A DNA stretch of 64,000 bases, from assembly GCF_036321535.1 (NCBI RefSeq), contig NC_087437.1, positions 23,004,001 to 23,068,000 of the forward strand. Direction: 5' to 3'. The notes beneath the pieces are model-generated. The model worked only from the letters and a program-made list of their open reading frames with translations. It ran no database searches and was not told the origin of the DNA. The translations under genes and the position numbers were made by a program. Positions 11,031-24,245 of this stretch are shown here, piece after piece. The DNA comes from Camelus dromedarius (Eukaryota). Numbering within the stretch: position 1 is the first letter of the stretch; each line of letters begins with the position of its first letter.

Positions 11031-12928
11031 GTGACGATCATTGTTCAGAGTGAAGTGGTCCTAAAACCAGGGCCCGTAATGCAGAACTGCCTGGGCCAAC
11101 CTCAGGATGCCCCGAACACCAACAAAAGCCAACCAGAGAAGCCTGTGGAATGCTGATGAATGAAGAGGGAGATAAGTGATGAACTGATCTTTGCTATTCA
11201 ATAGCAGGTGCTAGAAGCCTTAGCAATGAGGAGTTGCACAAGGGGCACAAATAAGGAGCCAACTTGAGGAAGGAAGAGAGAAGGGTAAAGAACAGCCTTT
11301 ATCAAAGCAAGACTGTGTGACCTAAGCTGATGGTTCAGTGATGGGTTTGGCCTGGGATTACTCTATTGAAAAAAAATCTATTTATTTTCTCTTCCATCCT
11401 GTGGGTGGGGCTCAGGAGGGAAGCTGAATCAGTTATAGGTGAGTTAAGAAAGCACCATTTCTCCTACACATCGGAGTGTAATGTCAGTACCCCCAAAACA
11501 AGTGATTTCCCTTTTCTGTGTATTGTGGTACTGGAGTGCAGTTTTCTCATCATCCATGGGGGAAAAATAAACCTGAGATGTATTATTATAATTTTCCGCT
11601 AACCGGAGTGAAGTATGACTCAACCCAAATTATCTTAAGTGTTTTTGTTTTGTTTTCTATGTAAAAATTACTGTAATTATATGACTCCTGAATTATTTAA
11701 GATTACTGAACTGCATTTTTCTCTTAAAATGACCATTAGAACGCAAGTCCCTTCAGCCACACAATTTATTCTGATGGCTAATGTTGGAGCCGATTACCTT
11801 TCTATTTCTAGAAGGATAGGGAATAGGAAGATGATATGGGACAATTGCGTAAATTAAGAATTGCATATATTTGTCCCTGAAAAAGACTCTCTTGACTGTT
11901 ATGGAGATGGTCCAGGGAGTGGGTGGACAGTGCAGTTCAGATCAGCTGGATCCTGACTCAGCAGGATGTTGTGAACGCCCAGGGTGCTTCCCAGGTGAAA
12001 GGAAGAGCTCGATCACACTTTGGGATTCTCAGGCAGAATCTAGTGGAACTACTGGAGACCAGTTTGGGGATTAGACAGACCTTGTGTGAAAGGTGTTGAG
12101 GTTAACTGGCTTATGGTCTGGGAAGCTTTGGGGTTGGATGTGGTCCTTAATGGACTTTATAGAGGTTCCTGTCTTTTTAAGGTTGTGTGTCCCAAACTGT
12201 AAGCATTGAAGGACTTATCTTCACTGTGACCACCCATAGTGTTATTTATTTGAGACTTTGGTTTAAATTGATTCACCACATTTACTTAAATGCATTTGTT
12301 TAAGAAGGAACATTTGTATGATTATCATAAATAGTTAAAAAAAAGAAATCTTTGCCACAAACAGGTCATAATCAATATAAATACCGTTAGATTTTCTCCT
12401 TGATATGCATAGGATTGAAGAATTTAAAAGGCAGTAAGACTGTTTAACTCTGTGTTCAAGTACCACTGAAGACCATCTGCTGTACTGCCTAAAATCATCT
12501 CCATGAATTGTTTTGATGACTATGGAACTACCTTTTAGGAGAAAATATACATTCTTCTCCCTGTGACTGGTCCTGCCTCATCCAGCCAGAGGCTCTGGAG
12601 CACTACTGGGGCTGCCCTAGTGATGAGGGGCTTGGGAGCAAACAAATGCTGGGCTTTCGGCTGGAACCCAGTTGTATGGTTTGCAGAAATGCCTCCTAAC
12701 CAGCACAGTCCATGGTGTAGTATATCACAGACTACCCAGGATTTTCTCTTTATTTTGAGGTAAAAAGTTTCAATTAAAGGGAAAACAGACACTTTGTACT
12801 TGGATGCACCAACCACAGTGCACAAGATGGTCGTCTTTGTGGACAGTGAAAGGACTTGCTGGTGGCCTTGAAAGCAGCGTGACCATTGTCTGGTACCATA
12901 GTCTACAACATTGAAGTAGTTAGGGAAG

Positions 12929-13386
12929 GTATTCATTTCTTATAACATCTATAACAAATTGCCACAAACTTAGTGTTTTCAAACAACAGAAATTTACTCT
13001 CTCACAGTTCTGGAGGCCAAAATCTAGGTGTCAGTGGGACTGTGTCCTTCCAGAAGGTCTAGGGAAGAGTCCCTCCTTGCCTCTTGCTGCACTGGGGACG
13101 GCCAGCTTTCCTTGGCTTGTGGCCACATCACTCCCGTTTCTGCTTCCACGGCCATTGAGGCCTTCTCCTCTGAGTATATAGTTTCCTTCTGCCTCTCTCT
13201 TATAAGGACACTTGTGATTGGATTTAAGAGCCACTCAGATAATCTAGGAAAATCTTCTCATCGCTAAATCTTTAATTTAATCACATTTTCAAAGACTCTT
13301 TTTAGCAAATACTTTTTATATACAGGTCCCAGGCATTATTAGGATATGGATACCTTTCAGAGGGTTTGATTTTCAGCCTACTATCA
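12929..13386 (-). mobile_element. MLT1C-like LTR
   Basis: ataacaaattgccacaaacttagtg...aaacaacagaaatttactctctcacagttctggaggcc...cttataaggacacttgtgattggattta...ttcagcctactatca. Confidence 0.85.
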
Positions 13387-13414
13387 GGAGGGAGGGCTAT
13401 CTAATTTCATGGAA

Positions 13415-13600
13415 AGTTAAGATTTGTAAAGCACCCTCTGTGAACCAGACACTGTGCTGAGTACTTTGTGTATCAGCTTGTTTATTCCTGACAGCCATCT
13501 CGGGAGGTATTGTTGTCCATATTTCACAGATGAGGATAAACTGTAAAAGAGAGCTTAAAAATATGTCCAAGATTACAAAACCAGTACGTGGCAGATGCTT
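13415..13600 (-). mobile_element. MIR SINE
   Basis: ccagacactgtgctgagtacttt...ccatatttcacagatgaggataaactg...tgtccaagattaca. Confidence 0.7.
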
Positions 13601-16600
13601 TAACAATCCTAAGTTTCAGCAACCACGTCCCATTGTATTTACAGCCTCGCTGATCTTACGTTATCCAGTGAACATGATCCGCTCTCCTGGATACACTGGA
13701 CCCTCTGGTGTCTGCTCAAGCTCCTTGTTCTCTGCTGAGGTCACCTTTATTATAAGCTGCCTGACAGGCCAGGAAGAGGACAGACATGATTCCAGACCAC
13801 ATCCTGTAGTCCTGACTATCCTGAATTCATGGGTGAATGTACACAGCCTTAAGTAAAAATGGGAAAAAAGCCCTCACCCTGGTAGCTAAAGCAGATCAAA
13901 TATCTCCTTACTTAATACCTAAACTGCTTCAGAGTTCAATTTAGGAGTTTTGTTGAATTAGTTAAAGTGATAAGTTGTTTAGCTTGCCTACAGGTGGCAG
14001 AAATATTGCAATTTTTCACCTTCACGTGCACTTTCTGTGGCTGTAAATTATTTTTGGTAGGTGTTTCAATTACTGCTAAGAGCAGAGTTAACCAAGACTT
14101 CTTACATGTGAACCTGTCCAGCAGCTTTACTTGGACAAAAGTTTCACAAGGGCTATGAAACATTCAGGCAGGAGCAAACTTGCCTGAGACGCTTCATTCA
14201 AAACCAAGGTTTGGGAAAACTTTTAACAATGACTTCTATGTGTCCTCCTTCAACCCAACAGAAATTAGGAAACAAATTATGATGAAATCTTTTACTGCTA
14301 TCTGGTTAAACTGTGTTTTCCAACTGCCTGTTTCATGAGTTAAGCTTAAAGAGCAAGAGTGACAAGGAACCAGTTCCCTGCAGACTGGAGAAGTGTTGAC
14401 ACTGTTTCAAACTCCTGTCGGGTCCTGGTTTCTGAATTCCAGATATAATGCTGCTCTGTGTGGGGAGAGGAAAAGAAGTGAGCTAGGGCATTGATGTGGG
14501 TGCTTTCTGTTGACACATAACAGAGAAACAAATCTTGGGTGGATTCATCTAAGAGACCATTCAGTATTTTGGTCCAAATATAAAAGTTTAACAACCACAT
14601 GTTTATTTTTACAGAGGTGAGTCTAAAGCATTCAAATAAACATACCAATAAACCGAAAAAAATTTCGGTTGTCGTGCACATAGGGAAAAAAGCATTTCAC
14701 ACATAAGATTCAGAGCTGTTTGCTTTGGAAGGCTATATTTTCCCTTTGCAAGCTGGGTGAAATAAAGGTGTGGTCTCTCCAAGTCCCCGTCTTCCTACCT
14801 CCCAAACTTCAACTCCAGGTGGTTTCCCATGGTCTCCAACATCTGCTCCTTTCCAGTTCCTAAAGGTTTATGTTGTAGCTCTGTATTATCTTGGACACTC
14901 CACTGGGTTGAGCTGATTATCTTACTGCTTTGCCACTGCAGAATTTATTGAATAAAAGGGAGGCTCTGCCGGGTGTGAGCGGTAAGTCCAGAGTTTCCGA
15001 GTCTCATGAATTAGGGCACCAGATGCATAAGTAAGATAAGCCTGTTACCCCTCTAGCCCTGGGGATGAGATTTCTCTCTTCAGAATGTACCTTCTGCAGA
15101 GTTAACGATTTAGATTAAATTGGTTCAGAACACAAGAAGGCAATTTTCATTTGTAGAGGGATTTTTTTTTTGCTTCATTTTTTAAAGCTAGACCAACAAT
15201 CTAAACACAAAGATAAATTGAAATGGGATTTCATTTTTAAATGGCTTTCCGTAATACAAATAATAATATGAAAGAAAAGCTCTTTGGGTGATGCTGAATA
15301 GCATATGACCATGGCATTTTAATAACAGTAGCTAATAAATTTAAGATTTCAATTTGCAATGCTAGTGTTTTAACTTCTTTACAGAAACACACCCATGTGG
15401 ACTGATAAGGCCTGTTGGGACCCTTCCTCCAGGAAGACTCATGGCGGTGTTGATCTGACAGACCCCAGGGTGATACCCTAGGGCTGCACAGAGGTGAACC
15501 ACGAAGGAAATAGTCTTTGGCTTAGAATAAGTTACACTCCTCGTGCATGTTAATCTGTAAAATGTTTGGTTGAATGCTTTATTCTGAGGAAACGCCTATT
15601 CATCCTCGAAAATATAATCAAATGCATTTCATGGCAATGAACTACTCAGGCTTAATGAATTTTTCTTTAAATGTGGAGTTAATGTCCTATTTTAGAATTA
15701 CTTTTGTCCAGTGAGTATTTGAGTGAGTGATTACTCACTTAAATATTCTGTGGAGTCTTTCATAGGCACCGGGAAAATGGAGATAAAATGTCAGTTCCTC
15801 ATTTCCATTTGCTTCAAAAAGTACAATTATTAAAGAAAACAAGCGGTATGGAGAGTCTAACATGTTGCAACAATTTATACTTTTCTGTAGCTCGGGTGAC
15901 TTCTGAAGGAAATGGTGCGGTCTCTGGTTGCCACCTGCTCCTTTGGTCATAGATTAATGACATCTGACCAAGCATGAAGGCATGCTGAGGCCATCTGCTG
16001 TCACACATAGCAGGATGGGTTTCAGCTTCCTCAAGTAGAAGTCTGACTACATAGCTACACTTTTAGAGGATAGTCATCCTATTGAATTGAATGACCCAAT
16101 TATTTTGATAACAATAATTCAGTACTCATCTCAATCAAGCCAGAACTACTTAATCTGCTTCGTAGTGGTTAAAGTATTAGGCCGTCTATATCATTTCAAT
16201 GATAATTATGAGCACTCTTCTGTTTGTGTAGTAAGAAGATATCAAATAAGACCTTTGCATTTGTCTCTGTGCTTTGATGTGGTGCACAAAGCTGAGAAAA
16301 GTAGATACTCAGACCTTCTGCATTTTAATAACTTTGATTAGATCCTCTTTCCTCCACACCAATCCCTCACCTCCCACTCCCTTCCCCATCCAACCTCTGC
16401 CACCTTCACCACCTTGGCCATCATAATTGTGACCAAAACTTTCTTCCAGATTTCTTTATACTCTGGCCCTTTAATACCAAGAAGCCAAGAGCTGACTCTG
16501 TGGATGATAGAGAAGGGTGAGGTTTTAGAGGAGAATGTCCCACTGGTCTGTTATCCATACTGTAAAGGTTCTTATGAATCAGGGACCCCACCTTGTCCTT

Positions 16601-16699
16601 GCCCTTCTCCTTCAAGATATGGAGTGGTCCTCAGTGGCCTTCACTGTTGGCATTTCAAAGGAAGCCCACCCAACAGTCAGCAAGTGGTGGGTACAGTAG

Positions 16700-16830
16700 A
16701 AATGACATGAGCCCAAGGACTCAGAGGTCTTATTCTTGTTCTAAATATAACTAGCTGGGTCACCTAGGAAAAGCTATTTGTTCTCACACAGCATTTTAGT
16801 TTTTTTCACTTAAAAATTAGGGGACTAGAA
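16700..16830 (+). mobile_element. MIR SINE fragment
   Basis: actagctgggtcacctaggaaaagctattt...ttttttcacttaaaaattagggg. Confidence 0.5.
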
Positions 16831-16889
16831 TCAGGTTGTCTTAAAATTATGTTGTAAAATTTCACAATGGTGTTTCTATGATTACCGGC

Positions 16890-17156
16890 CAGACGTCACA
16901 CCTCCTTTTCTTCCTCATCCCACTTGGCATGAGACTACCTGGCGGCAAAAGCTGCTACCTTGTGACCAAGAGGATGAAAGCCTGCATGTTATGACTTGGG
17001 GAGCTGGGCCCCTGATGCCAGCACTTTAGTGCCATCCCTGTCCTAGCCTGCCTTTTCTCAACTTCTTGTTGTGTGAGGCAACATAATCTTACAGAGTGAA
17101 GCTACCCTTAGGTAGTTTTCTGTTGCAACGAGCCGAATGCAGTTTTAATGAATGCA
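16890..17156 (+). mobile_element. MLT1 (J/K-like) LTR fragment
   Basis: gctaccttgtgaccaagagg...acttcttgttgtgtgagg...ttttctgttgcaacgagccgaatgca. Confidence 0.55.
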
Positions 17157-18279
17157 GCCTTAAACTAGTATCGCTTATCAGGCAGTTCTGAGATCAATAA
17201 TGGTACTTAGCATTCACGTAGTATTTTGTAACCATCTCTAGTATAGACTGTTTCTATCAGATGTTTGAAGCTTTTTTTTTTTTCTTTTACTGGGAAAGCT
17301 TTTAGCATCCCTGCAGATAATATTGCTTTACATTCTTTTATGAATGTCTTGTTTTTAGATGACAAATCTGAGCACAGTATTTATAATCCACCCCTTCCTT
17401 TTATACTCATAACAGAGAGGTGATTTCATAAATCAAATGGGAAATATTAAACCAGAGAAACTATTCTGTCATTGACAACTGGCATAGTTAATCATGGTGA
17501 TTTTTTAGACTAAAAGAGGGGGTTGTTCTCTTACACCCTAAAATAATTAACCTAACCTCCTTATTAATTGTTAGATAAACAAACATTCATTTCTTTTTGC
17601 CTTTAAGAAAGCAAACACAGTTATTTCTTGCAAAACTCAGTGGCAATTTTAACTTTGAAATAAAACTTGGCTTTGAATTGCATTTCAACAGTGAAATTGA
17701 TTTAATAAGTAAATATCTATCTTTAAAATTTTTGATTGAAATATCCTAGTATTCTATATATTCACATCTTGTTAGATATCAGTGGATTGCTAAAATAAAT
17801 TGAAATGCAACTCTAGTCTTCAAACAAACACAAAAATCCTTTGAAATAAGATTCTGGCTTGAAATTGGAAAATGCTGAAGACATATTTGGTTGAAAGATG
17901 TAGTGGAAACATGTTACCTAGGTTACATGAATTTATGATCAAAAATATAAAATGGATCTTTTAAAAGCATATAATCCATCCTCCTCCAACTTAAATACAT
18001 CTGAAATCTGTTGCTAATTTGATGACTCTTGCTTTATAACATCACTCATATTTTTGATATCCAAGGGAAAACATATTTTCAAGAGAGCTAATATCTCTAT
18101 TCCATAAAGGGACAATGATTTACTTATAACAGGCCATTTTTATCATAGGTCACTAAAGACAGAAATCAGACTTTATACTTTTGAAAGAATTCAGAATGGA
18201 AATAGAAACAGTCTGGATTTTTTTTTTTACTAATACATTAAATTCCTATAAAATAGTTTACATTCATATAACAGGAGAT

Positions 18280-18980
18280 ATAATATAATGAAAGGGATAA
18301 AGCCTTTGAAGCCAAACAGGCTTGTATTAAACCCCAGTTCTCCCAATCTTCCTGTGGCAGACCTGTGTCTGGCTCACCCAGTGGCTTTTCCCAGCCTGCT
18401 TTCTTCTCCCCAACTTCCCAGAGAGAGCTTGAAACAGTAAGATGCTAGCTTCCTCAGCTTCCTTTCCAACAAAGTTGTATGACCCAGTTCGGTCCACTGA
18501 GCTCTAAGGGGAAGTCCTCAGGGAATTTCTAGGAAACCTTTTCCTAAAAAAAAAAAAAGACAGAACAGCATGAGGAAGAAGTCATTTTCTTTTTACCATC
18601 ACCCTGTTTCTTCCTGTATTGCATCTGTAAATGGATGGTTGTGGTTATCTTCTGACCAAGAAAGGGAAGGACAAGAAGATACCAGGACCCAATCTAGTGG
18701 CCCATCTGGTTGAATCACTGACCTAGCTCTGAGGTTATCAGCTTTCTGATTCCTTGTAATGTGATTTTAAAAAATACTTTCATTGCTTGTAGCCAAAAGC
18801 ATTCCTTACTGATATCCAACATTTATTATGATGGGCAAATATTTTAACTTTTCTGAGCTTCAATTTCCTTTTATATAAATTAGGAAAAATACTTAACTCA
18901 CAGTTTATAGTTACTGTTTGGTAAGGATTCACTGACAAATGTACTTTAACAGACTAACACACACAGCAGTTCACTAATAA
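18280..18980 (+). mobile_element. MIR SINE split by an LTR insertion
   Basis: 5' half (agcctttgaagccaaacaggcttg...aaaccccagttct) lies before 18353; core (gggcaaatattttaacttttctgagcttcaatttcc) lies after 18814. Confidence 0.65.
18353..18814 (+). mobile_element. ERVL-class LTR (LTR33/MLT1-like) nested in MIR
   Basis: tgtggcagac...gtatgacccagttcggtccactgag...ttgcttgtagccaaaagcattccttactgata. Confidence 0.65.
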
Positions 18981-19084
18981 ATACCTCTTTGATTATGCCA
19001 TCGGAGCTGTGTTGCCTTAACTAACTTGCAGAAGAGAAAATTGAATGAGGATCTCTTAGTTTGCAAGAAATACACAATATGTTT

Positions 19085-19215
19085 TAACTTATTCTTTCTC
19101 ACTTAATTCTTCCAACAAACCTACAAGGAAGGCATGATTTCCCATTTACAGATAAAGTAACTGAAGCTTCCAAGGTCACCGAGTTTGCATGTCAGAGCTG
19201 GTGTTTGTGCCCTAA
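19085..19215 (-). mobile_element. MIR SINE fragment
   Basis: ttcccatttacagataaagtaactgaagct...ccaaggtcac. Confidence 0.65.
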
Positions 19216-19589
19216 AAATTATCTTACCTGCTTTGGAGGCTAAGAGAATCCGGAACTGGGACCATGAGAAGGCAAACTAGAGAAACAGTGGATTTAAAAC
19301 TCAGCCTGAGAGGCCCAAGGTGAATGCCAGAGAGAGATGCTGAGATTTCTGGAAAGTATACATATACATCTAAGGATGCCAGCGGGAGGTGGAGCGGAGG
19401 ACTTGGGCAGCAGCTAGGATGGAGTGCAAGAGCTATGTCTGAGAAACCAGAGCCAAGAATCAGGGTCCAGAAAAGCAGATAAGGCTGGTGGCTGGCTCAC
19501 TTGCCTTCATGAGCCCAGATGGTAGCATAAATGTGTGAGTCTAGTGGAAGCAAGACAAAAATGGTTGGAGGGGACTGGATACTGGAGAG

Positions 19590-19695
19590 GGGGTACATGC
19601 CTCAACTAAAATAATTTAAATTTTTTAAAAATGTGCTGACCAAATAAGACACGGTCTTGGAAAATATTTTGTTTCTGGCCACTAGTTTGCAACGT
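19590..19695. mobile_element. hAT MITE fragment (MER45-like)
   Basis: tgtgctgaccaaataagacac...ggccactagtttgcaac terminal motif. Confidence 0.4.
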
Positions 19696-19814
19696 GGAAA
19701 GGAATGTAGCAGAAAATAGAAATCCAAGTTGCAAAGGACTTCAAATCCCAAGTTATTTTCCATACCACATATTGTTTGATATTTATTTACTCCTTTTTCA
19801 CTTGTTGTTTTTAC

Positions 19815-20560
19815 CGATCAGCAACATCATTTAGTGTCTTTGGACCACATACTGTGCTAGGTGCTGGAGTTACTGAGATGCCAGAATGGAACGAAACACA
19901 ATCCCTGTTCCCAATAGAAAGAACATCGTATTCATAAATTGCAGTAGTCCATGAGGGGCCTTCAAATAGCTCTTTTACAGAGTGCATTGGAGCACAAAGG
20001 ACAGAGCAACTGAATCTGCTACAGGTGGTCACTGGAAGCTGCTCAGAGGAATCGAGACTTTACTGAGTCTATATGAATAAACAGGATTTTGCCTTTGCTG
20101 CACTCTGTGCATAAGATGAGGGCAGTCGCTGGGAAGATTAAGAAAAAATTCTGCTGTAGTGACTAGATAAGAATAATATTATTTTATATATCAATGTTTC
20201 TGGTTTAAGTAATTTATTCCAGGCACAGGGAACAGTATATTCAAAGGCCAAGAGATATTAAAATGGGAGACGGGGGTGGGGTAGAGAGGGCGCTGCTTAT
20301 CAAGGATACAGCCTTGAAGGAGGGCCAGATAATAAAGAGCTTCTATGACAACAAGTTAGGGTGTTTGTGTTTTATCCTGCAGGCATTTGAAGAATTTTAG
20401 TTAGGAAAATTCATGGGCAAATTAGCATTTGGAAGGGTAAGTCTTGATGCTTTGTGAAGGCTGGATGCAGAAGGGAGCAAAATTAAAGTCAAGGAAACCA
20501 TACAAAGGCTTCTTCCATAGCATGAGTGAACTATAATAAGGAATTGGACTGGGGTATGGG
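19815..20560 (-). mobile_element. L2 LINE 3' region (fragmented)
   Basis: actgtgctaggtgctgg...tccaggcacagggaacagtatattcaaaggc...ttttatcctgcaggca. Confidence 0.65.
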
Positions 20561-20650
20561 AAGGAATGGGGCTGGCAGGAAAAACAGGGAGATACAGTGA
20601 TGGGCTATGCTTATTGTTCAGAAAAGGCAGAAAAGAGAGAGAAGTCTAGG

Positions 20651-20800
20651 GTGGTGGCTGTCAAACTCTAGTGAGCAACAGAATTACCTGGAAGACCGCT
20701 AGTAGTTTGGGCTGGGGCTTAATTTGCATTTCTAACAAATTTCCAGGTGATGCTGATGTGGCTACTGCTGGTCGAGGTAGTATACTTTGAGAAACTCTGG
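20651..20800. mobile_element. MER5A (hAT-Charlie MITE)
   Basis: cagaattacctggaag...tttgcatttctaacaaatttccaggtgatgctgatg...actttgagaaactctg. Confidence 0.8.
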
Positions 20801-21459
20801 TCCAGGCAACTTGCAGGACTGCCTTGGATAGATGATGGTTTAAATCCACTCTACCATGAACTTCAGATGTTGAAGCAAGTACTGACTCGGCAGCGTATCT
20901 TATTAATAAGTTATAAACCAGTTGTGCAAAAATAAGTGGTCAGACAGGAAGTTTATGATTTTCCAAGTCTCTGATTCTAATACAGACTAAGATAAGAAGG
21001 TTTTTAACACCACATTGTTTTATTTTCCATGAATGATAAGGTCATTGAGGCAGAGGGTGGTAGGAACCTCATTAATTTAGGCTTCTATATTTAGGAGTGT
21101 AGAACAGTTTGGAGAGATGATTCAATGAAGTTTCTTTGTAGTATTTATCATAAGAAGCACTGTAAACAGGCAAATAATAAGAAAAGGGAAATAGTAATTC
21201 ATACCGTGTAGAAAATGCTTTTTACAAGAAAATGTAGGAAATGTTATTTTCTCAAAAGAGCATCTTAGAAGTAAAGTTTGGGTTGGAGGATATAAATGAT
21301 CTTCTTTCCTGAGGCATTTTGTGGATTTCTGCTGTTCTCAAGATCTCCTTAGCTCTTTGCTTCTACTTCATTGTGAGTTAGTGCAGCCACTGAAAACATA
21401 TTTGGGTGTTTGATGGTGCAGCCATGGCTGCCGAGAGCCGTGGACCTCCACTAGGAACT

Positions 21460-21550
21460 CCACCAAAATCTCAGGGGATGGAAGCTTCGACTCTATGTTA
21501 ACAACCTCCTCAGGTGATTCACACTTACACTGAAGTTTCAAAACCAATGG
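21460..21550. mobile_element. MER5-family MITE fragment
   Basis: ttaacaacctcctcaggtgattc...acactgaagtttcaaaaccaatgg. Confidence 0.55.
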
Positions 21551-21654
21551 CATAAATATTCGTTTTACAGGGAAAGCGGTTTTCTTATCTTAAGGGACGT
21601 TCTTATACTTATGTTGTTGATCTAGGGGTCGTGTGACTTCACTGTTGTCTCTTT

Positions 21655-21870
21655 TTTCCCCCTCCAGTTTTATTGAGATATAATTGACATACACCATTGT
21701 GTAAGTTTGAGGTATATAACGTAATGATTTGATACACATATATATTGCAAAATGATTACCACAGTATGGTTAACAGCTCCACCACCTCAGGTCATTACAT
21801 GTATGTGTGTGTGTGTGGTAAGAATATTTAAGATCTACTCTCTTAGTAACTTTCAAATATATAGTGCAGT
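21655..21870 (-). mobile_element. L1MA9-like 3' end
   Basis: ttttattgagatataattgacatac...ttgcaaaatgattaccacag...atttaagatctactctcttagtaactttcaaatata. Confidence 0.85.
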
Positions 21871-22887
21871 CTCTTAACAAGGAATTGTGGTAGGTATTCA
21901 TCTCAGTCTGCAAACACAGAGCTTAAGAAAGCACTCTTCCCCCCATCCCTGCCCCTCCCTCCTTTCCTTCCTTTCCTTTCCCTCCCTCCCTCTCTTCCTT
22001 CCTGTATCTTTGTGTCTCTGCTTTATTTTCCCTTGGTTGAAGCTTGGTTACTGTCAGTGGGGAGAGGGGGAGAGAGGAAGTATAGATTTCATTTTAAGCA
22101 AATGGTACAAGTGTTGCCCATCTCACTTTTACTCATAAACAGTTGGAGGAAATTCAACCACGTGGTGCCTCCTGGAAGCAAGGGAGCCTGGGCAGTGTAG
22201 TCCTGGCTGGGCAACCTCATGCCCAGCTAAACTCTAATCATTTGGGAAAAGGAGAGAATGGATTTTGGAGGAATAACTAGCAAGCTGCCTCTTTCCTTGA
22301 CACTTTTTTTTCTTCCCAATTTTGGCCAGCCACCTCTCTGAAGGTTTACCTGAAGATTTGTCCTATATCAAACCATTCTTCTCAAAGCTTGAGCAATAGT
22401 TTTACAAGCCTATTTTCTTGAGGACTGAGGAGATGCCTGGGAAAAGTCTTCATCTATGTTGACTGCCAAGTTTAAGAAACCTCAAGGCATGTGGGGGAAC
22501 TAGTGAATGTCCTGTGTGCAGTGGGAAGGGCCTCCCCAGGGAGATCTCATACTAAAGCAAGAAGCAGCCATGGCCAGCCGGGCTTGCTAGTGAGGCCTTT
22601 CACACCGGAAGGGCACACCTAGCTAGTGCAGGGTTGTGATTGTCACCTAACCACTGAGAGCACGCTTAGGTTCTTGGGAGGAAGAACAATGTGTAACTAA
22701 AACCCTAAAGTGCTATTTTAGCAAAATTTGTTACATTTTTTGGACCCAAGACACATTGCTTTTTGGGACCATTCCAGTAGCTTTCAGTGTGAATGGGAGC
22801 GCTGATTTCCTCCCATTGTACTGTAATGAACAGACAGATTGACACCCGGGAGACCCAGGCATGCACCTGTGCGGGACTGTGGCATCT

Positions 22888-22930
22888 GAGGGACTTCCAG
22901 GGAGGGGACCTCCAGGGAGGGGGCCTCCAG
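22888..22930 (+). repeat. 15-bp tandem triplet / G-quadruplex motif
   Basis: gagggacttccaggg aggggacctccaggg agggggcctccag; five G-runs with loops of 7,1,7,1. Confidence 0.8.
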
Positions 22931-24019
22931 CTGGAAGTAACAAAAGGTAGCCTGGGTATTTGATGAAACTGTCATTAGCATCACAGTGAACATAATGCCT
23001 TAAAGGCACTGGTCCCAGCTGAGGATGGGGAGACTGCTGTATCCTGTTAAGCACAGCAGCCATTCCAAGGAGCAAAGCTGAGCAGATTAACAGCAGTGTC
23101 AGGGGAGCATCTTGGACAGTGGTGAGCAGGCTGGTGGTCGAGCACATGTGAGACTCCAAGAAGTCTCCTCCTGGGTGCACCCCAGACAGGGAGTTTGTCT
23201 TAAGCCAGAGCTCTTGTTTAAGCTGGCGGGTGGGAGCCAGAGTCAGGGCAGTTTGGATTCCCCAAGACGGAGAGCTGTCTGACTTAGGTCAGGTGCAAAG
23301 CATTCCCTTTTCCTGTTAAAAAAAGGACTTCTGCTTGATAAACTCCATATTTGAAAGCTCTGTAATTAAAATCTGATAAAATCTCATAATTTAAATTGTA
23401 CTGATTTATACTAAAGAATACTTCCCCGACCCTAATCACATGCCTTAAACAATTTGAATTAGTAGAGAAGGAACAACAATTCAGTTGAGACAATTTAGTA
23501 TGTACATTATAACTAAACCTGGAGAAGCACTAACAAATAATCTTCCCCCTGTGAGCCCTCATGACACTTTGCATTTCACCTGTGGTTCATTGCTTTCAGC
23601 CTTTTATTTTAAGTTATTTGATTTATAAATTGTTGAAGCTGGAAGATACCTCTGAGATTAATTAGTTATAGACGGGGACATGTGTAACCAAGCTCGGAGA
23701 GATTAAGTGACTTGATTAAGATCACACAGCCTCTTATTCCTTCTATTAGGTTATGATGCCTTGAGGACAGGCAGTGTGGCTTACCTGCCATGCCGTGCTC
23801 TGCACTGCACAGTGCCTTGTTCATTGATGGTACTGTAGGAATCAGCTGAAATGAGTTAAGCTGGATACTGTTTATGTGAGATGGATTTAATTTCAGGAAT
23901 TAAAAACAGGACTAAAATCTTGTGAGAAGCCATACAAGAATTTAAAAGGCTCATTTCTATGGTAAGAAACTAGGAGTTGGAATCATCTTCTAATGGGTGA
24001 AACTCAAACAAAAATATAT

Positions 24020-24245
24020 TTCACAAACATTTATGTAATTCTTACCATGTGCCAGGCATTGTTCCCACTGCTTTAAAAATTTTAGCTCCTTTGGTCTTCA
24101 TCACAGACCTAAGAGTTGATTCTTAGGATCTTCACTTTATGGATAAGGAGAGTAAGGCATGGAGAAGCCAGTCACTTATTGAGGCTCATGCTGTGAATAA
24201 TGACAGAGCCGAGATTCAAGTCCAGCCAGCCTGGCTCCACGCTGC
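24020..24245 (-). mobile_element. MIR SINE
   Basis: aacatttatgtaattcttaccatgtgccaggcattgtt...gacagagccgagattcaagtccag. Confidence 0.75.

Noticed and set aside
14942..14981. Plus-strand exon-like segment with GTAAGT donor (also 14384-14477 and an acceptor at 15382)
   Set aside because: No recognisable product or consistent frame; shows how often pseudo-exons occur here.
16643..16677. 9-bp inverted repeat ACTGTTGGG/CCCAACAGT as a possible miRNA hairpin
   Set aside because: The stem is too short for a pre-miRNA and expected by chance in 64 kb.
19228..19276. 49-nt minus-strand exon-like segment (tttctctAG...CAG|GTaaga)
   Set aside because: Good splice sites but no other support; could only be a UTR or lncRNA exon, so not called.
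22731..23180. Longest ORF (149 aa, minus) with a GGPLP repeat
   Set aside because: Starts at a non-ATG codon, has no recognisable domain, and the repeat simply reflects the 15-bp tandem triplet.
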